Assembly (NCBI GenBank): GCA_012295275.1
Contig: CM022671.1
Location: 26,536,001 to 26,600,000 of the forward strand
Source: Chrysomallon squamiferum
Lineage: Eukaryota > Animalia > Mollusca
DNA length: 64,000 nucleotides
Direction of reading: 5' to 3'
Every line of letters begins with the position of its first letter. The stretch's first letter is position 1. Positions 42,218 to 54,906 of the stretch are shown here, piece after piece. The position numbers and the translations under genes were made by a program. The notes under the pieces were generated by a model, which worked only from the letters and a program-made list of their open reading frames with translations, was not told the DNA's origin and did not search any database.

Positions 42218-43781
42218 CATTTTTAAAATAAAGAATGAATAAAATAAAATAAATATTGTTGTCAACACAGAACAAATTCGAAATATTTTAAAATAAGGAA
42301 CTAAAAGGTTTTTCCCCTTAAGCAATTTTAGAAAGTTAAATATAATGTTTTAAATGGTTAATTGTAACTTTATTAGGGGTGAAAGACAATTTTTCAGAGT
42401 TTATGGCTTTGGTTTTTCTGTGCTATTATAGTTTATGACATTTTTTTCATTTTAACATATTCACTATTTTAAATTTATCACTTTTATTTTTTGTGTTCGT
42501 GTGTCAAAGAGAACAAATAAAAGTTATGTTTAAAAAACTACCTCAGACCTTCTGTTACCAAATGAAACACGATTTATAAACACAAAACGAAACAAGACAA
42601 TATTAATTTCCTTGCAGCATATTACCCTTCAGAAAGACCTTTGTTTTGAAACACACACGTCAGTGGAAGCACATTTTGATTACATTAACAGGATTAGATC
42701 CTGCAATATCTGGCGTCACAGGTGGTTATTGTTTATTGCCGACTGGAAGAGAAAAAAAATCTCCATTCTTGTTTATAACGAGTTTCATACTGGAGGAAAC
42801 TCGCTTCCATTGATGTTCAGCTGGGTGCAGAGACCAGCTGGAAAAACAAAAATACTACGATTCCCTCTCAGTCTTAATTCTTATTTGCTGTGCATTCTTT
42901 TCCATTGCTGCATGTTTTCCTAGCCTCGTCTGGCATGTTTGTCTCCCTTTGCTTGCGCGGTCCCAGTTTTCACATGGCGAACAAACACTGTCGACTGGAG
43001 CAATAATTATATTTCAGTGATTCCCGAACGATGTTCGTATTTACACGCGGCAGCCTTTAATTAAAAAACTGGCTCTTTTCTCTTTCACACATTTTGTTTG
43101 CTTGGCTTTGCTTTGCCAAGAAGAAAGGAAAAGCTGTTTCTCGTAGGTAAATGTTCGTTACCGTGGCAACGGAGGTTGTAGGGTAAACGATATAAAATAA
43201 AGGTATTGACTTGACTCGGTTTTAGTCTTTTTAACATGTACAAATTTAAAACAAACTTCAGTGAGGTCATTGATGGGCAATAATGAGAACAGTTTGACTT
43301 CAAAAACTTGAAAGAAAAAAAATTGGGGGTTGGGGTTTGTCTGCCTGTTTTCCTTCTGTATTTATATTTGAAATATTAATTAGACCAGCATTTTTACAGC
43401 TGAGTGATAGAACTTGATATGAAACCCTTAGAAGTGAATAATTATTTAGTTGTTGTCAGTGTCGGAGAGCAAGAAAAATGGTTCTTTAATTATGAAGTTT
43501 CAAGAGACTTAAGAGTAGATATCACAGTCTTTAAAGCGACATATTAAACGTTTCATTAAAACTCTATCAGTTTTAAATGATTGCACGCAGACAGTTAAAA
43601 CTGGCTTGAAATATCAAAGGAATGGCGACTCATAGGCAGGGAATCACATTAGAATTAGAAAAAAAAAATAATTGTTTTGGCAAATAATCATATCACAGAT
43701 ATGAAGTGCTTTGTAAGAAGAAATATTAATAAAGGACACTCATCATATACATTTTTTTTTTTTTTTTTACCATCTTGTTTT

Positions 43782-44109
43782 AAAAAGAATATTCCTTGCT
43801 GGCTTCAAGTTGGTTATCATTAATTTCAGAGATTATTTTCTGTGATTTTGTTTGTTGCTTGCTACATTCATAAAATATGATACGCTTACTGCTGGGTTGT
43901 TGGAAGGTGTGGTGTGTATGAAGGGGTACTTTATCAAATACATTTATATATTTTCAACAGTCCTCTAAAAGATAACCTTCTGACAAAAGAATATTCAGAC
44001 TTGGTTATAATTAATTTCAGAGATTATTTTCCTCTGATCAGATTTGTTGCCACATTCATAAAAAGTGATAGGGTTACGACTGGCTCTTGCAAGGTGTGTG
44101 TATGAAGGG
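43782..44109. repeat. Diverged direct duplication (~43782-43926 and ~43984-44109)
   Basis: Both copies share aaaagaatattc, ttggttat.attaatttcagagattattttc, acattcataaaa and gtgtgtatgaaggg in the same order. Confidence 0.8.
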
Positions 44110-45331
44110 ATAATCTGGCGGAAGGAACTTAGATTTTTTTTATCAGCACATCTCAAGTGGTGAGATAACAGCAAGCCAGAGTGTGTTGTGTTCAGTCTGC
44201 AGTGTGGGTATTTATACAGTGATAAATTTGAGAAACTCTACACCAGCCTTTAACACAAATCTATTTATTACACGCTTCAGCTAAGGGCCACCAGTATGTG
44301 ACAAGTTGACAAATTGGGTAATGCAGGTGTAGGGGCTGGCCTGTGTTGTTAAAACGTCCCTGAACATGGATATCAGATTTCACTCGTTTGAGGTCTACTG
44401 TAGTATTATCTGCTTAAAGGATTACGTGGTTACAAATGGACTGACAAGAGCAGTGAACAAGTATTCCACTGTAGATTTGTACATTTCCATGTTACCTGTC
44501 ATTGATTGTATTTCCATGTTACCTGAAGGATTATTAACTGACGTGAATAGATTTTCACAAGTATCTCTCACTCAGATGTAGTTGCATGTTACCTGTCAGT
44601 TAATGCAGTTAGCTTATATTTTCATACATGTCTGTGAATCAGTTGTAATGAATATATTTCCATAACAGCCTTTGTAACTCCTTGTAGAATTCTGATTTAT
44701 CAAATTCAAAATTAAACTCGGCTGACAAGCCTGGTTGAAGTTATTTTCAGATAATGGGAAATAAAAAATGCATGCAGCTAAAACAAATTTTCAAAAAACA
44801 AAATCTGTCTGTCTCAGTGTCCCATATTAATCTTGTTTTCTCTGTCTGTCCATTAATATGACTGTTTTTAATTAACAGTAAATATTTTCTGTTCATTGCT
44901 TCATATTTCTACATGACACACACACACCTAGTTATCAGTTAATTAGAAAAAAACTGTATTTCTGTTTTATCTGTAACTGTTGAAATGAAAATACATTCAT
45001 AATTATGTGTTAATATGAAGAAAAATATATTTTCTGTTTCTGTATTATTTAAAGAGAATATGTTTCATGAGCTACAGTTCACAACAGACAAATGCCATCC
45101 ATTTTGATTAAGTAAAATTTCATGAAATTACAGATATTATCTTTAAAGAAAAATACAGCAGATGAAAAGAAATATATTTCTTGTACACAAAACTGTTTTT
45201 CTTCTTTTGTTAACAAACAATTGTAATAAAAAATCATTTCAGATTTATATTGCAGTTGTTTCTGTAAGCTAGTATTGATTGTGTATGTATTGGAATCAAT
45301 CTTATAACACTTTGTATTTTGTATTTTACAG

Positions 45332-45403
45332 GGATTTGAGTGATAATGACATCAAATTTATCAACAAAACTATCTTTCACAATCTGCCATCACTAATTGA
45401 ACT
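45332..45403 (+). CDS. LRIG: LRIG exon 3 (72 nt, one LRR)
   Basis: ttttacAG|g; DLSDNDIKFINKTIFHNLPSLIE(L); ct|GTAAGT. Confidence 0.9.
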
Positions 45404-45667
45404 GTAAGTATTTAAAAGCGTTTTTTTTTTGTATAAATCTTTTGAAATATCTACAATGGGATGTGATCATAAAGGTCACAAAAATAACCATTACTTAGAA
45501 AACAATATTTTTATAATTTGCAGTTGAATGCATGTACACAAACAACTTACAAATATGCACAGACACAAAGAGTATTATTTATATAACATCTGTTATTATT
45601 TTATTGATATTTTATATCTATATATTGTATATATTCAAATGTCAAAAACCTGTTTTAATTTTTTCAG

Positions 45668-45739
45668 AAAAATAAATTACAACAAACTGACAGAACTACC
45701 CATGTTTTCAAGGAACTCAACTCTGACACATCTTTCATT
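45668..45739 (+). CDS. LRIG: LRIG exon 4 (72 nt)
   Basis: ttttcAG|a; KINYNKLTELPMFSRNSTLTHLS(L); tt|GTAAGT. Matches the tail of ORF 45528..45743. Confidence 0.9.
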
Positions 45740-46018
45740 GTAAGTATCATTGTTTACTCAGAACACTGGCAAAAAGAATGAATGAGAACAATGTAGCTTA
45801 GAGGGTTTTTTTTTTTCTTAAAGAAATCTAGCCTGGAGCCTGAAAGCTTGTAGGATCAATCCTGCTATACCTAAGTATTTTTGTACAGCCTATAAGGAGA
45901 CTGATGTGTATTTTCAGTGAGTGGGAGGACACCTTTTTTTTTCCATCAGATGTTTTCACTTTAGAAAACATACTCATATAAGAACATGTTTAACATTGGT
46001 AACTGTTAATATTAAAAT

Positions 46019-46128
46019 GTTTTACATTGTGTTTAATATTTAAAAGGGGAATGGATGAAGTTTTACATTGTGTCAAATATTTAAAAGGGGAATGGATGAA
46101 GTTTTACATTGTGTCAAATATTTAAAGG
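46019..46128. repeat. Minisatellite, 41-bp unit x~2.7
   Basis: gttttacattgtgt..aatatttaaaaggggaatggatgaa starts at 46019, 46060 and 46101. Confidence 0.92.
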
Positions 46129-49100
46129 GTTTGTTTAAGTATGTGGTAAAAAGGGGGATCCATGAATGGATGGATGTTTTGCAACAGACAGTGACAAAAG
46201 GATAATGCTGCTTGTAGGCTGTCAAGAAAATGATTTGTTGACTTAAACACAGATTAGAGATAATTATCTGCTGTTCAAAAGGGGTTAAGCATGGCCCTGA
46301 TTGTGTGAAGAATTTGCAAGAACCAGTAAATTGTAGGTGACTAGATAATTATTGGTTAGAGAGAGGTAAAAGCCATCAGCCTGTCGCTTCTTCGTCTGGT
46401 TCATTGTTCTCGTTCTGATTTAAACAGATCAAATCTTGACCATTTCACCCTACCCCATTCAGTTAATCACCATGTGTGTGTGTGTAATGTACAGTATTTG
46501 TATTTATACCAATATTGTAATAAACCAAAGCAGATAAATCATATCCTAAAAGATTTTAAGAAATACAGATTCATATGACACCTACTTGTTCATATCATTA
46601 TAGGCATAGTTTAAATTATTCAGTTCATCATTGTGTATTGCATTTTGATTTATGCCATTATGGTAATATTTTAAAGTAAAAAAATATTAAAATTTAAGCA
46701 AATATAGATTGATATCTATAAGAAATCAACTTCATACACCTCCTTTTCAGCCAGTTTATAAAATGGAAATTAATAACTTTGAACTGATTGCCTTCCATTT
46801 TTGACCTGAACTTTTCTCTGCAAAGTTATGTGCAAAATGTTATCAGAAAAACAACAGGCTTGTTTCCTGCCAAACTACTGTGTTTTTCAGGGGGTAAATC
46901 AAAGATCAAAATTGTTTTATCACAGTTCAAACACTAGTGTGTCAATCAGTGCCCATTCTTCACACCTGTAGATAAGTATAACTGTGAATTGTGTCACAGG
47001 TATAACAGAACTCACCTGCCTCTGTTGTGTCGTTAAAGGTGCACACAGGTAAATAATGATATCCCACAGAGATAGTTGACAGTGTGCATCTTTTGAACTT
47101 CACTGTCAGACATTTCCTGACTAAATGGAAGAAAATAAAAAGTAATAAATTAATTTCTCGATTATTATGATTATTATTATTTTAAAATAACTTCATGCAG
47201 TAATGACACTTTTCTTCTTGGAATCTTTTTTTTTTAATCCAGTTTAATAAAACTAAAAATCCACAGCTTTGTTTAACTATATCTATGATGGATTTCACAA
47301 GATATATAATTGTTAATATCATCATCATCATCATCATTATAATAATTATTATTATTAAATTTGTTTTTAATTTTAATTTTTAATTTTTTTTTTAAAATGG
47401 ATTATAAGAACTAATTTTCTAATGTAGCTAACAGCAATGAACAGATCACATACATGTGTCCATGCATGGATCAGTAACACATTTATTTTCATTTCAATGC
47501 CTGGATGCAGAAAGACCTACATTGTTCCCCTATCTTTCCTCACTCAGTCTTTATCTTGTTTGACCTGCCAATACAGGCCTCAATAATTTCAACACACAGA
47601 GTGATAAATTCCTTTGTGGCCATCCGAAAAACCCTTGTACTGTCCTAGCTACAATCTGACCTCTGACCTTTTATCTCCCAACATAGGGACTGTTCATGTG
47701 GTAACCAACATCCACGTCCCAGGTGTGTTGTTGCTGTTGTTATCTCGAGTACCACTGGCGACAGCAATTCTAGCTTACAGCAGCGGAAAAAATATTAAAA
47801 TTAAAAATACACGTATTTTTCTTTTTACAAATGTGTGGATGGGCTGGATACAGTAGCATTTGGTTGACTTAATGCACATTCCTTCATAGCTTGGTTTTTG
47901 TCTTACTTTTGATCTCACTGAGATAATGTGAAATTGAAATAATGCATAAATGCAGGACTGGACATTATTCATTTATTTATTTATTTATTTACTGTAAATC
48001 ACAAATAAGGGGCTGCATATTCATTTATTTTTAAATGAACTAATAATAGATTTTTTATTTTTTAAAAAAACATTTGAAACTGGCAGAAGATATAAATGAC
48101 ATGCACATGTATACCTTTATAAATATATATTATATATATGTAACTGTATTTACAAAGAATAAAAAATATATAGACAGCTCAACATACTCATTACATACAA
48201 ACACTGTGAAAAACAGACTAATAATAAAGTATTCTATGTTGAGAAAAACAACAGGGCTGGTCAAGAACCTAATCACACACAAAATCTGAACTGTCACTCT
48301 TCACTACGGCCTGCCCAGCTTGCACACAGAACGCAGACTATCTGTTACATATTTTATTTATTTCACACTTGGAGCCGACGAAATCTGATTGGACACTGGA
48401 AATGGGTATAGCTTTCTTAATATATTATTTCTGTTTGGAACGTTATTTTCAAACAATGCCCTGCTGATATCTGCTAGATTTCAAGAGCATGTCAACAAGC
48501 TGTGTATACAAGTCCTTTCGCTCAGATAGATATATACGTGTTTGTGTTCACGATATTTATATCAGTTGTGTCTGTTTTTCTAATGTAATCATCACATGTT
48601 TAAAACTGCTTCATTATATTCAGATACAGATATTACATTCATTTTCAGCTCCTCAAACTCTTTTTCCAGACCTGCTTCAATTCTAACTTGTGTTTATTTC
48701 ATCATTCGGGTAGTTTCTGCACTGCCTAATGAAAATAATAACAGGACAGTAATAGATTTCTTACAATACCAACAAAATCTTTGATAAATACGCAGAAGCT
48801 GTTTCTAAGTCTAATCCTGTATCCAATTTCCCCAAGAGAGTTTCATAAGAGTAGCGAAATATATATAGATAACACCACGGTTCAAGATATTACTGAAATA
48901 TTTGGATTAGATCATTCCATTGTTTCCCAGTGCTGTAATCATTGGCATTTCAACACATTTTCACCACCAGAAGCCACATGTGTTATGCATGGCCACCCAC
49001 CCAAACCACTGTTTTGATTAAAATGATTTAAGGAAATTTGGGCTCTATATCTGATGTATTTTTAGTAAGGATAAGCTGTGGTTTCAGCAATATGTTTTTG

Positions 49101-50091
49101 ATGGGGGAGATTTGCTGTCCTTAATGCAGATACACGGATTGCTTGGTTTATTTAGAGATGCCATGCCAACCCTGGCAGGATTCAGAGTATTTCAGTAAAG
49201 ATGATATTTTTCAAGCCATATTGATACGCCTTGATATCTGGAAGCACTGAGTTGAAGATGTGTTTCATTACGGCTTGGTAATGAAAAACATGCTCAGGCT
49301 AGCTGAGGGACTAACTAACCCATCTGTGAAAATACACCCTAGTATTTCCCTTACTTCACCCACTCCAAATCCAAGCTTAGGTTCAGTGTTTTACTGGGAT
49401 ATCACAGTGCGGCATTCCTTTAAGCCTGCCACATTTCCTGGATGTTTTTAACACATGTATGATGAAAACAATAAAATTACAACAGAAAATAAAACTAAAA
49501 AAATTGTAGCTTCATTTTATTGTCTCAGATTTTTTTTGATTTTTGATTTTGATTTTTTTCCTTTTTCTCTTGCAATAGCTTTTTATTTTTATTTTTTTAT
49601 TTTTTTTTAGCCTTTTCTTTTCATTATTTATTTTTATTGTTTGGTCTTTTTTTCTCATTCTTTGGGGTTTTTCCCATTGTCAACATGCTTTCTAAACATA
49701 TAAAGAAGAAAGAATAATTTGTATTTTGTAGTTTAAATAACCTCTTTGAAATAAATAAATTGAAATGGCTTTAAAATACTGAATAAAATTATAAAATACT
49801 ATAATACCTATGTTGTAATTACAGTATTTACAATGACTTTTTTTGACTTTATTACTTCATTGTTTATTTATAGAGTTTTTGTATTTCTTTAACACTGCAG
49901 AATCCTTGCATAAGGATCATACTCCCTATAGAACTAAGATATTTAACTTTTTATATAAATTTATATTTAGAGATATTGGGTTCCATATATCATTCAAGAA
50001 AACACAGATTTTTGTTAAAATGTCCAATGAGATGGAAATTCTGTTATAATTTTTTTATTAATATTTATTTTCTTTCTTTGTTTTTTCACAG

Positions 50092-50229
50092 ACATCATAA
50101 CCAGATAATGACCTTAAACCCGAAAGCCACTGAAACTATGCCAAATCTCCGGTACCTGGATGTCAACTATAATCAGCTGATGGATTTGCCAACAGGAACA
50201 TTTCCCACTGGTTCCAAGCTAAAAGAACT
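50092..50229 (+). CDS. LRIG: LRIG exon 5 (138 nt, two LRRs)
   Basis: ttttcacAG|a; HHNQIMTLNPKATETMPNLRYLDVNYNQLMDLPTGTFPTGSKLKE(L); ct|GTAAGC. Confidence 0.92.
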
Positions 50230-50382
50230 GTAAGCATATATTACATGCATAATTTATTGCTTTTATAAATTTTAATTTTAAATTTTTTTTTTTTGAACTA
50301 GAAATCTCAGTGATTTTATTTATAACTGATTAAAATCAGATTCATTTGTATTAAATAATAATTTTAAATATTTCTGTGTAGA

Positions 50383-50413
<31 letters not shown>

Positions 50414-50592
50414 ATATATAATTTTAGATATAATGGTAACCAAAAAAAATTTAATTTTATTAGACATTAATTTAATAAGAATTATCCTTACAGAAACTTT
50501 TTCAGAAATACTTATTAGAATGTATGCATGATATATAAGTCAATATAAAAAAATTTATTTTATGTTTTATTAAATATCATCTTTTCTTTCAG

Positions 50593-50736
50593 ACATCTGA
50601 ACAACAACAGAATTCTCAGTTTGGAAATTGGCTGCTTTGATAACTTGACAACTCTGGAAACACTGAAACTAAACAAAAACAAACTTTTTGAAATATCAAA
50701 AAAGATATTCACCAACCTGACTTCACTGAAATTTCT
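50593..50736 (+). CDS. LRIG: LRIG exon 6 (144 nt, two LRRs)
   Basis: ctttcAG|a; HLNNNRILSLEIGCFDNLTTLETLKLNKNKLFEISKKIFTNLTSLKF(L); ct|GTAAGT. Confidence 0.93.
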
Positions 50737-50849
50737 GTAAGTATTGTTTGTTTTATATACAGATATAGTTAACAGATTTGGAATTGTAAACTCGAATTAT
50801 GATCTGAATAACATAAGTTTTTTTTTTTTAATCAGTAACAAAATAATAA

Positions 50850-50916
<67 letters not shown>

Positions 50917-53358
50917 GAAAGAAAGAAAATAAAAGAAGAAAAAAAGAATAGACATTCTAAACAGCAAGAAAACATGGAATACCAAAGACATTTAACAGAT
51001 CTGTAGCAGTGATTGGAAGGCTGTTATTGTCCTGAATTATCCACTAGTTAACCTTGGTTCAGAGACAAACAGTTTGATTGGCTGTTGATAAATGTGTAGA
51101 GATAAGTATTGGAAATTGTTGATTACCTAACATCATAAATTCATACAAGACCAGCAGTTTCTCCTATCAGTGGAGGAAATCATGACCACAAAAACATGGT
51201 CGCTTAATGACAGAAGATGCATTTATTGATTGGGTTAAAAGAATCATTCTTTTTTTTTTTTTTCCTTTTTTTTTTTTTTTTTTTTTGTCACAATGGGGGG
51301 GGATGAAAAAGAAGATGAAAAAAAAAAAAAAAAAAAAGAACTGTATTAGAGTAAATGATTCAAAATGTGATGTTAATCTGATGGTGTTGAAATGTGAAGA
51401 TTTCACTGATAAATAGAAGCATGACGTTTTCCAGACAACTTCCAAGCAATATCACTTAACTAAACGAGTCTCCTTTCAAATTCTTATTGATTTTCACAAG
51501 TCCACTTATTTTCAAGTTTGACCACCGGGCCCTGTTAATGTATTAAATGAATCATTAATTGACCAGAAAAGGAGGTTTTTTTTTTTTCTTTTTTTTTTCT
51601 TTTTTTATAATCTACAGAAGTAAAAAAAAAGATTTTTTTATCTCATAAATATTTAAAAAGAAACAAAGCCTTTGCCATTAGAGTATCTGGCACACTGACA
51701 GCTGACTTAAAGAAAACAAAATATTCTGATTATAAATTACTGTAAAGATTTCAAAATGTTCTCATTATCTTTTGACTTTTTAAAAAAAGAGTTTTAATTT
51801 CAGTCACAACATTAGCTTATTAAACATACTTTAGTTATTACACTGTTACAACATGCATTAATGAAAAAATAATTACAACGTTAATATAATTACTGTTAAA
51901 TATATTCTTCAGATATGATCTTTCCATCTCATTTGTTACAATTATGGCATTTTATTTTTTTTTTTTTTTTTTTAAACTTTTAAAAAGATAAACATTAATA
52001 TGATTGTTACTAATTTCCTCATATTACTGTACCACATCAATTATTTATGAGTATTTTTCAGATTTCTTTATCATTTTTAAAAAAAAAAAACTAAAAAAAA
52101 AAAAAAAATAACAAAATAAAAGGGATCTATAATAACAATAATAACAATAATAATAATAATAATAATAATAATAATTTGTCTGAGAACTCAATAGACATTT
52201 ATTTCACAATTACTCACAAAGCAGGTGTTTAATGCATGTGTTGGCACATTCAGACAATTACTTACTTCCGTCAATTAGACAGTGGGAAATTGGACCACTT
52301 TACACAAGCGTATGTCCTGATCAGAACACAACAGCAGTTGTCAGCAAGCTAGGCTGTGTTGACATTTATAATAGAGTTACATAATTGGGAAAATCTATTA
52401 AGTATTTTTAATAGCCACAAACAAGGATAAAATGACACTGCACCTGTTTACATTGATATGTGTGTTCTTAACAGTTCTTACTTTGCTCAGCTGTGCTGCT
52501 AATATTATTATTAGCAGTAGTAGTAGTAATAGAAGTGGTATGCTGTTGTTGTTGTTGTTGATACTTTTTAGAACCAATGAAAGTAAAAAAAGAAGAAAAA
52601 AGAAAAGGTTATCTAGTAAAAATATAATTTTGGGCTAATCAAGTGCATAGTTTGTAATTGTATACAGTGCTGCTTTGGGCCATTTCATTTCAAATACATG
52701 TTTTTTAACAAAAAAAATTTTTTTCTAAGAACTTTATATTACATTAATTCAAGTGCATTAATTAACTTAAGTCCTTGTCCACCAATATTTTAAAATATAT
52801 ATATAATAAAATAATTAAAACAGTGAAGAAAATGTGACAAATTTATTATTATTATTATTATTTATGTTAAATAGCTGTATGCATGTGCTTAAGTTTTATA
52901 AATGGTTTTGTTATCTCATGTTTTGGGTGCAGTGTTTATTGTCTTGAAACAAGTGAAATTTAAAGCCATAATGTGCACTAAAACATTAAATTATTTCCCC
53001 CTTGCCCTTCATAGCCTTGAGGCAGTTTGCCCACAGATTAGTTTTTTTATGCATCTAGTGGAATAAGGTTCATACACAGGTTAATAGATAACTGAAACTA
53101 GAGTAGTTGCTATTAACATTGCATATTAACTTTTTTTTCTCTCCCTTATTGGAATAAGTGCACAGATTTGATCCATCTACCTTTCAGTTGACAAAAATGT
53201 GCAAAGTTCATATAGACTAATATGGTAACAATTACAGTGGTTCTTTAAGATAGCTGCTTTTTATTTATTTATTTATTTGATTACTTATGCTTTGAACTAA
53301 ATACAGGCATATAAAATATTTTTATACTGATCCAAATATTTTTGTTTTGTGATTGCAG

Positions 53359-53502
53359 AGAACTGATGAGAAACAAGATAGAAAAAATTGAGGGTTTGGC
53401 GTTTCAAGGATTGACATTACTGCAAGTGCTGAAACTGAAAAGAAATGTCATCACAAACTTGATGGATGGTGCTTTTTGGGGTCTTGAGAATATCAAAAAC
53501 CT
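53359..53502 (+). CDS. LRIG: LRIG exon 7 (144 nt, two LRRs)
   Basis: ttgcAG|a; [47 protein letters not shown](L). The ELxRNKI..EGL.FQGL...LMDGAFWGL string is the LRIG signature. ct|GTAAGT. Confidence 0.95.
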
Positions 53503-54473
53503 GTAAGTATATATATATTATAGTTATATATACAAATATGTTTATTTTTGTTTTAAATTTTATCCATGTAATCTAGCAGAGTTGGGTAAAGTGGGGTCAT
53601 TTGATTCATGGCAGTTACTATGTTAGTGAAGAAATAATAGTTGTTGGAAACAGAACAGAGGGGTTTTAAAGAGAAATTTTTATCTGTGTTTGTGTGTGAG
53701 AGAAAGAAAGAGAAATAGAATGTCTGAGTGAAAGAGATGTTCTGAAAGAATTAGGAGTGAGAGAAGAAAGAGAAGGCAATTTTATGTGAGTCAGAAACAG
53801 AAAGAAAAAGTTACGTTGAGAGCTCCATTACCAACAGAAAGAATCTAAAGAAAAAGAAACAAAACACACTAACAAAACAGTGATCTAACCATTTCCTACA
53901 TCTCAGTGATTTTCACCACTGGTCAATATTTTTCTTGAATTTTTGCATAATGTGTCACAGCTGTGTTGACTTGGTTTGATTTATTTAAACAATTAGTGGC
54001 CACTTCCCATTTTCTTTTCTCCATTTTCCTTTCATCTGTTTGTTCCCAAGTTATCATCAAACAAACTGATCAGATCCCAGTTTCAATCCGACTACTTCAG
54101 ACTTGTAACTATTATATCCAACCTAGCTTGACAGTAATACATATTTACCAATCACTGTGGCAACTTGAAAGTGATTAAGGTTCCTACAATAGGGTAGGAA
54201 GTTTGTTTTATGGGATGGGGGGGGTCCAGATTGAACCTGTTGTGTGAAAGTTTGACCAGTCTTTGATGTTGACCAGTTGAGCTTGTCTTGCAGTGTTGAC
54301 ATGAAATGAGAACTAGTGGTACAGAAAGCTTTCTTCAACCTTTGTCAAGCTGATGGTTATGTAATTTTACCTGAATGAAAACACTGGTTGCATCATTTTA
54401 GTATGAATATCTGTCTACAGTGATGGCTTATTTCAAATACTTTTGTTTCGAAATGTTGCTGTTTTTCGACTGA

Positions 54474-54508
<35 letters not shown>

Positions 54509-54834
54509 CTTTTTTTGTTGTAGGATTGAAATTTGGTTGATAGGATTTAGTTTTTATTAAATGAAAATTTTAAAAATTTGATTTCTGCCATCATAGATAA
54601 AAGAAATTTAATAATAATAATAATTATTATTATTATTATAATAACAGAAAGACATGAAAATAATAAATTAAATTGAAAAATTGAAAATTTTTTATTTATA
54701 AGAAATTTGTTAAAATTTTATAAAATAATGCCAGTCTCAGACTCAAAAATTGTAATAAAAATTGCTAAAAATGTCTTTATATTAATATTGTTATTTATAT
54801 AATTTTATTTATTTGTTTTATTTTACTTTTTCAG

Positions 54835-54906
54835 TCAGCTTGATTATAACAACATCACTAATGTGACCAAGGGCTGGTTGTATGGACTTCGCTCCCTTCA
54901 TCAACT
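54835..54906 (+). CDS. LRIG: LRIG exon 8 (72 nt, one LRR)
   Basis: ttttcAG|t; QLDYNNITNVTKGWLYGLRSLHQ(L), containing the LRIG motif TKGWLYGL; ct|GTAAGT. Confidence 0.95.

Noticed and set aside
46019-46128. CRISPR-like array
   Set aside because: Head-to-tail units without unique spacers, in a eukaryotic intron; an ordinary minisatellite.
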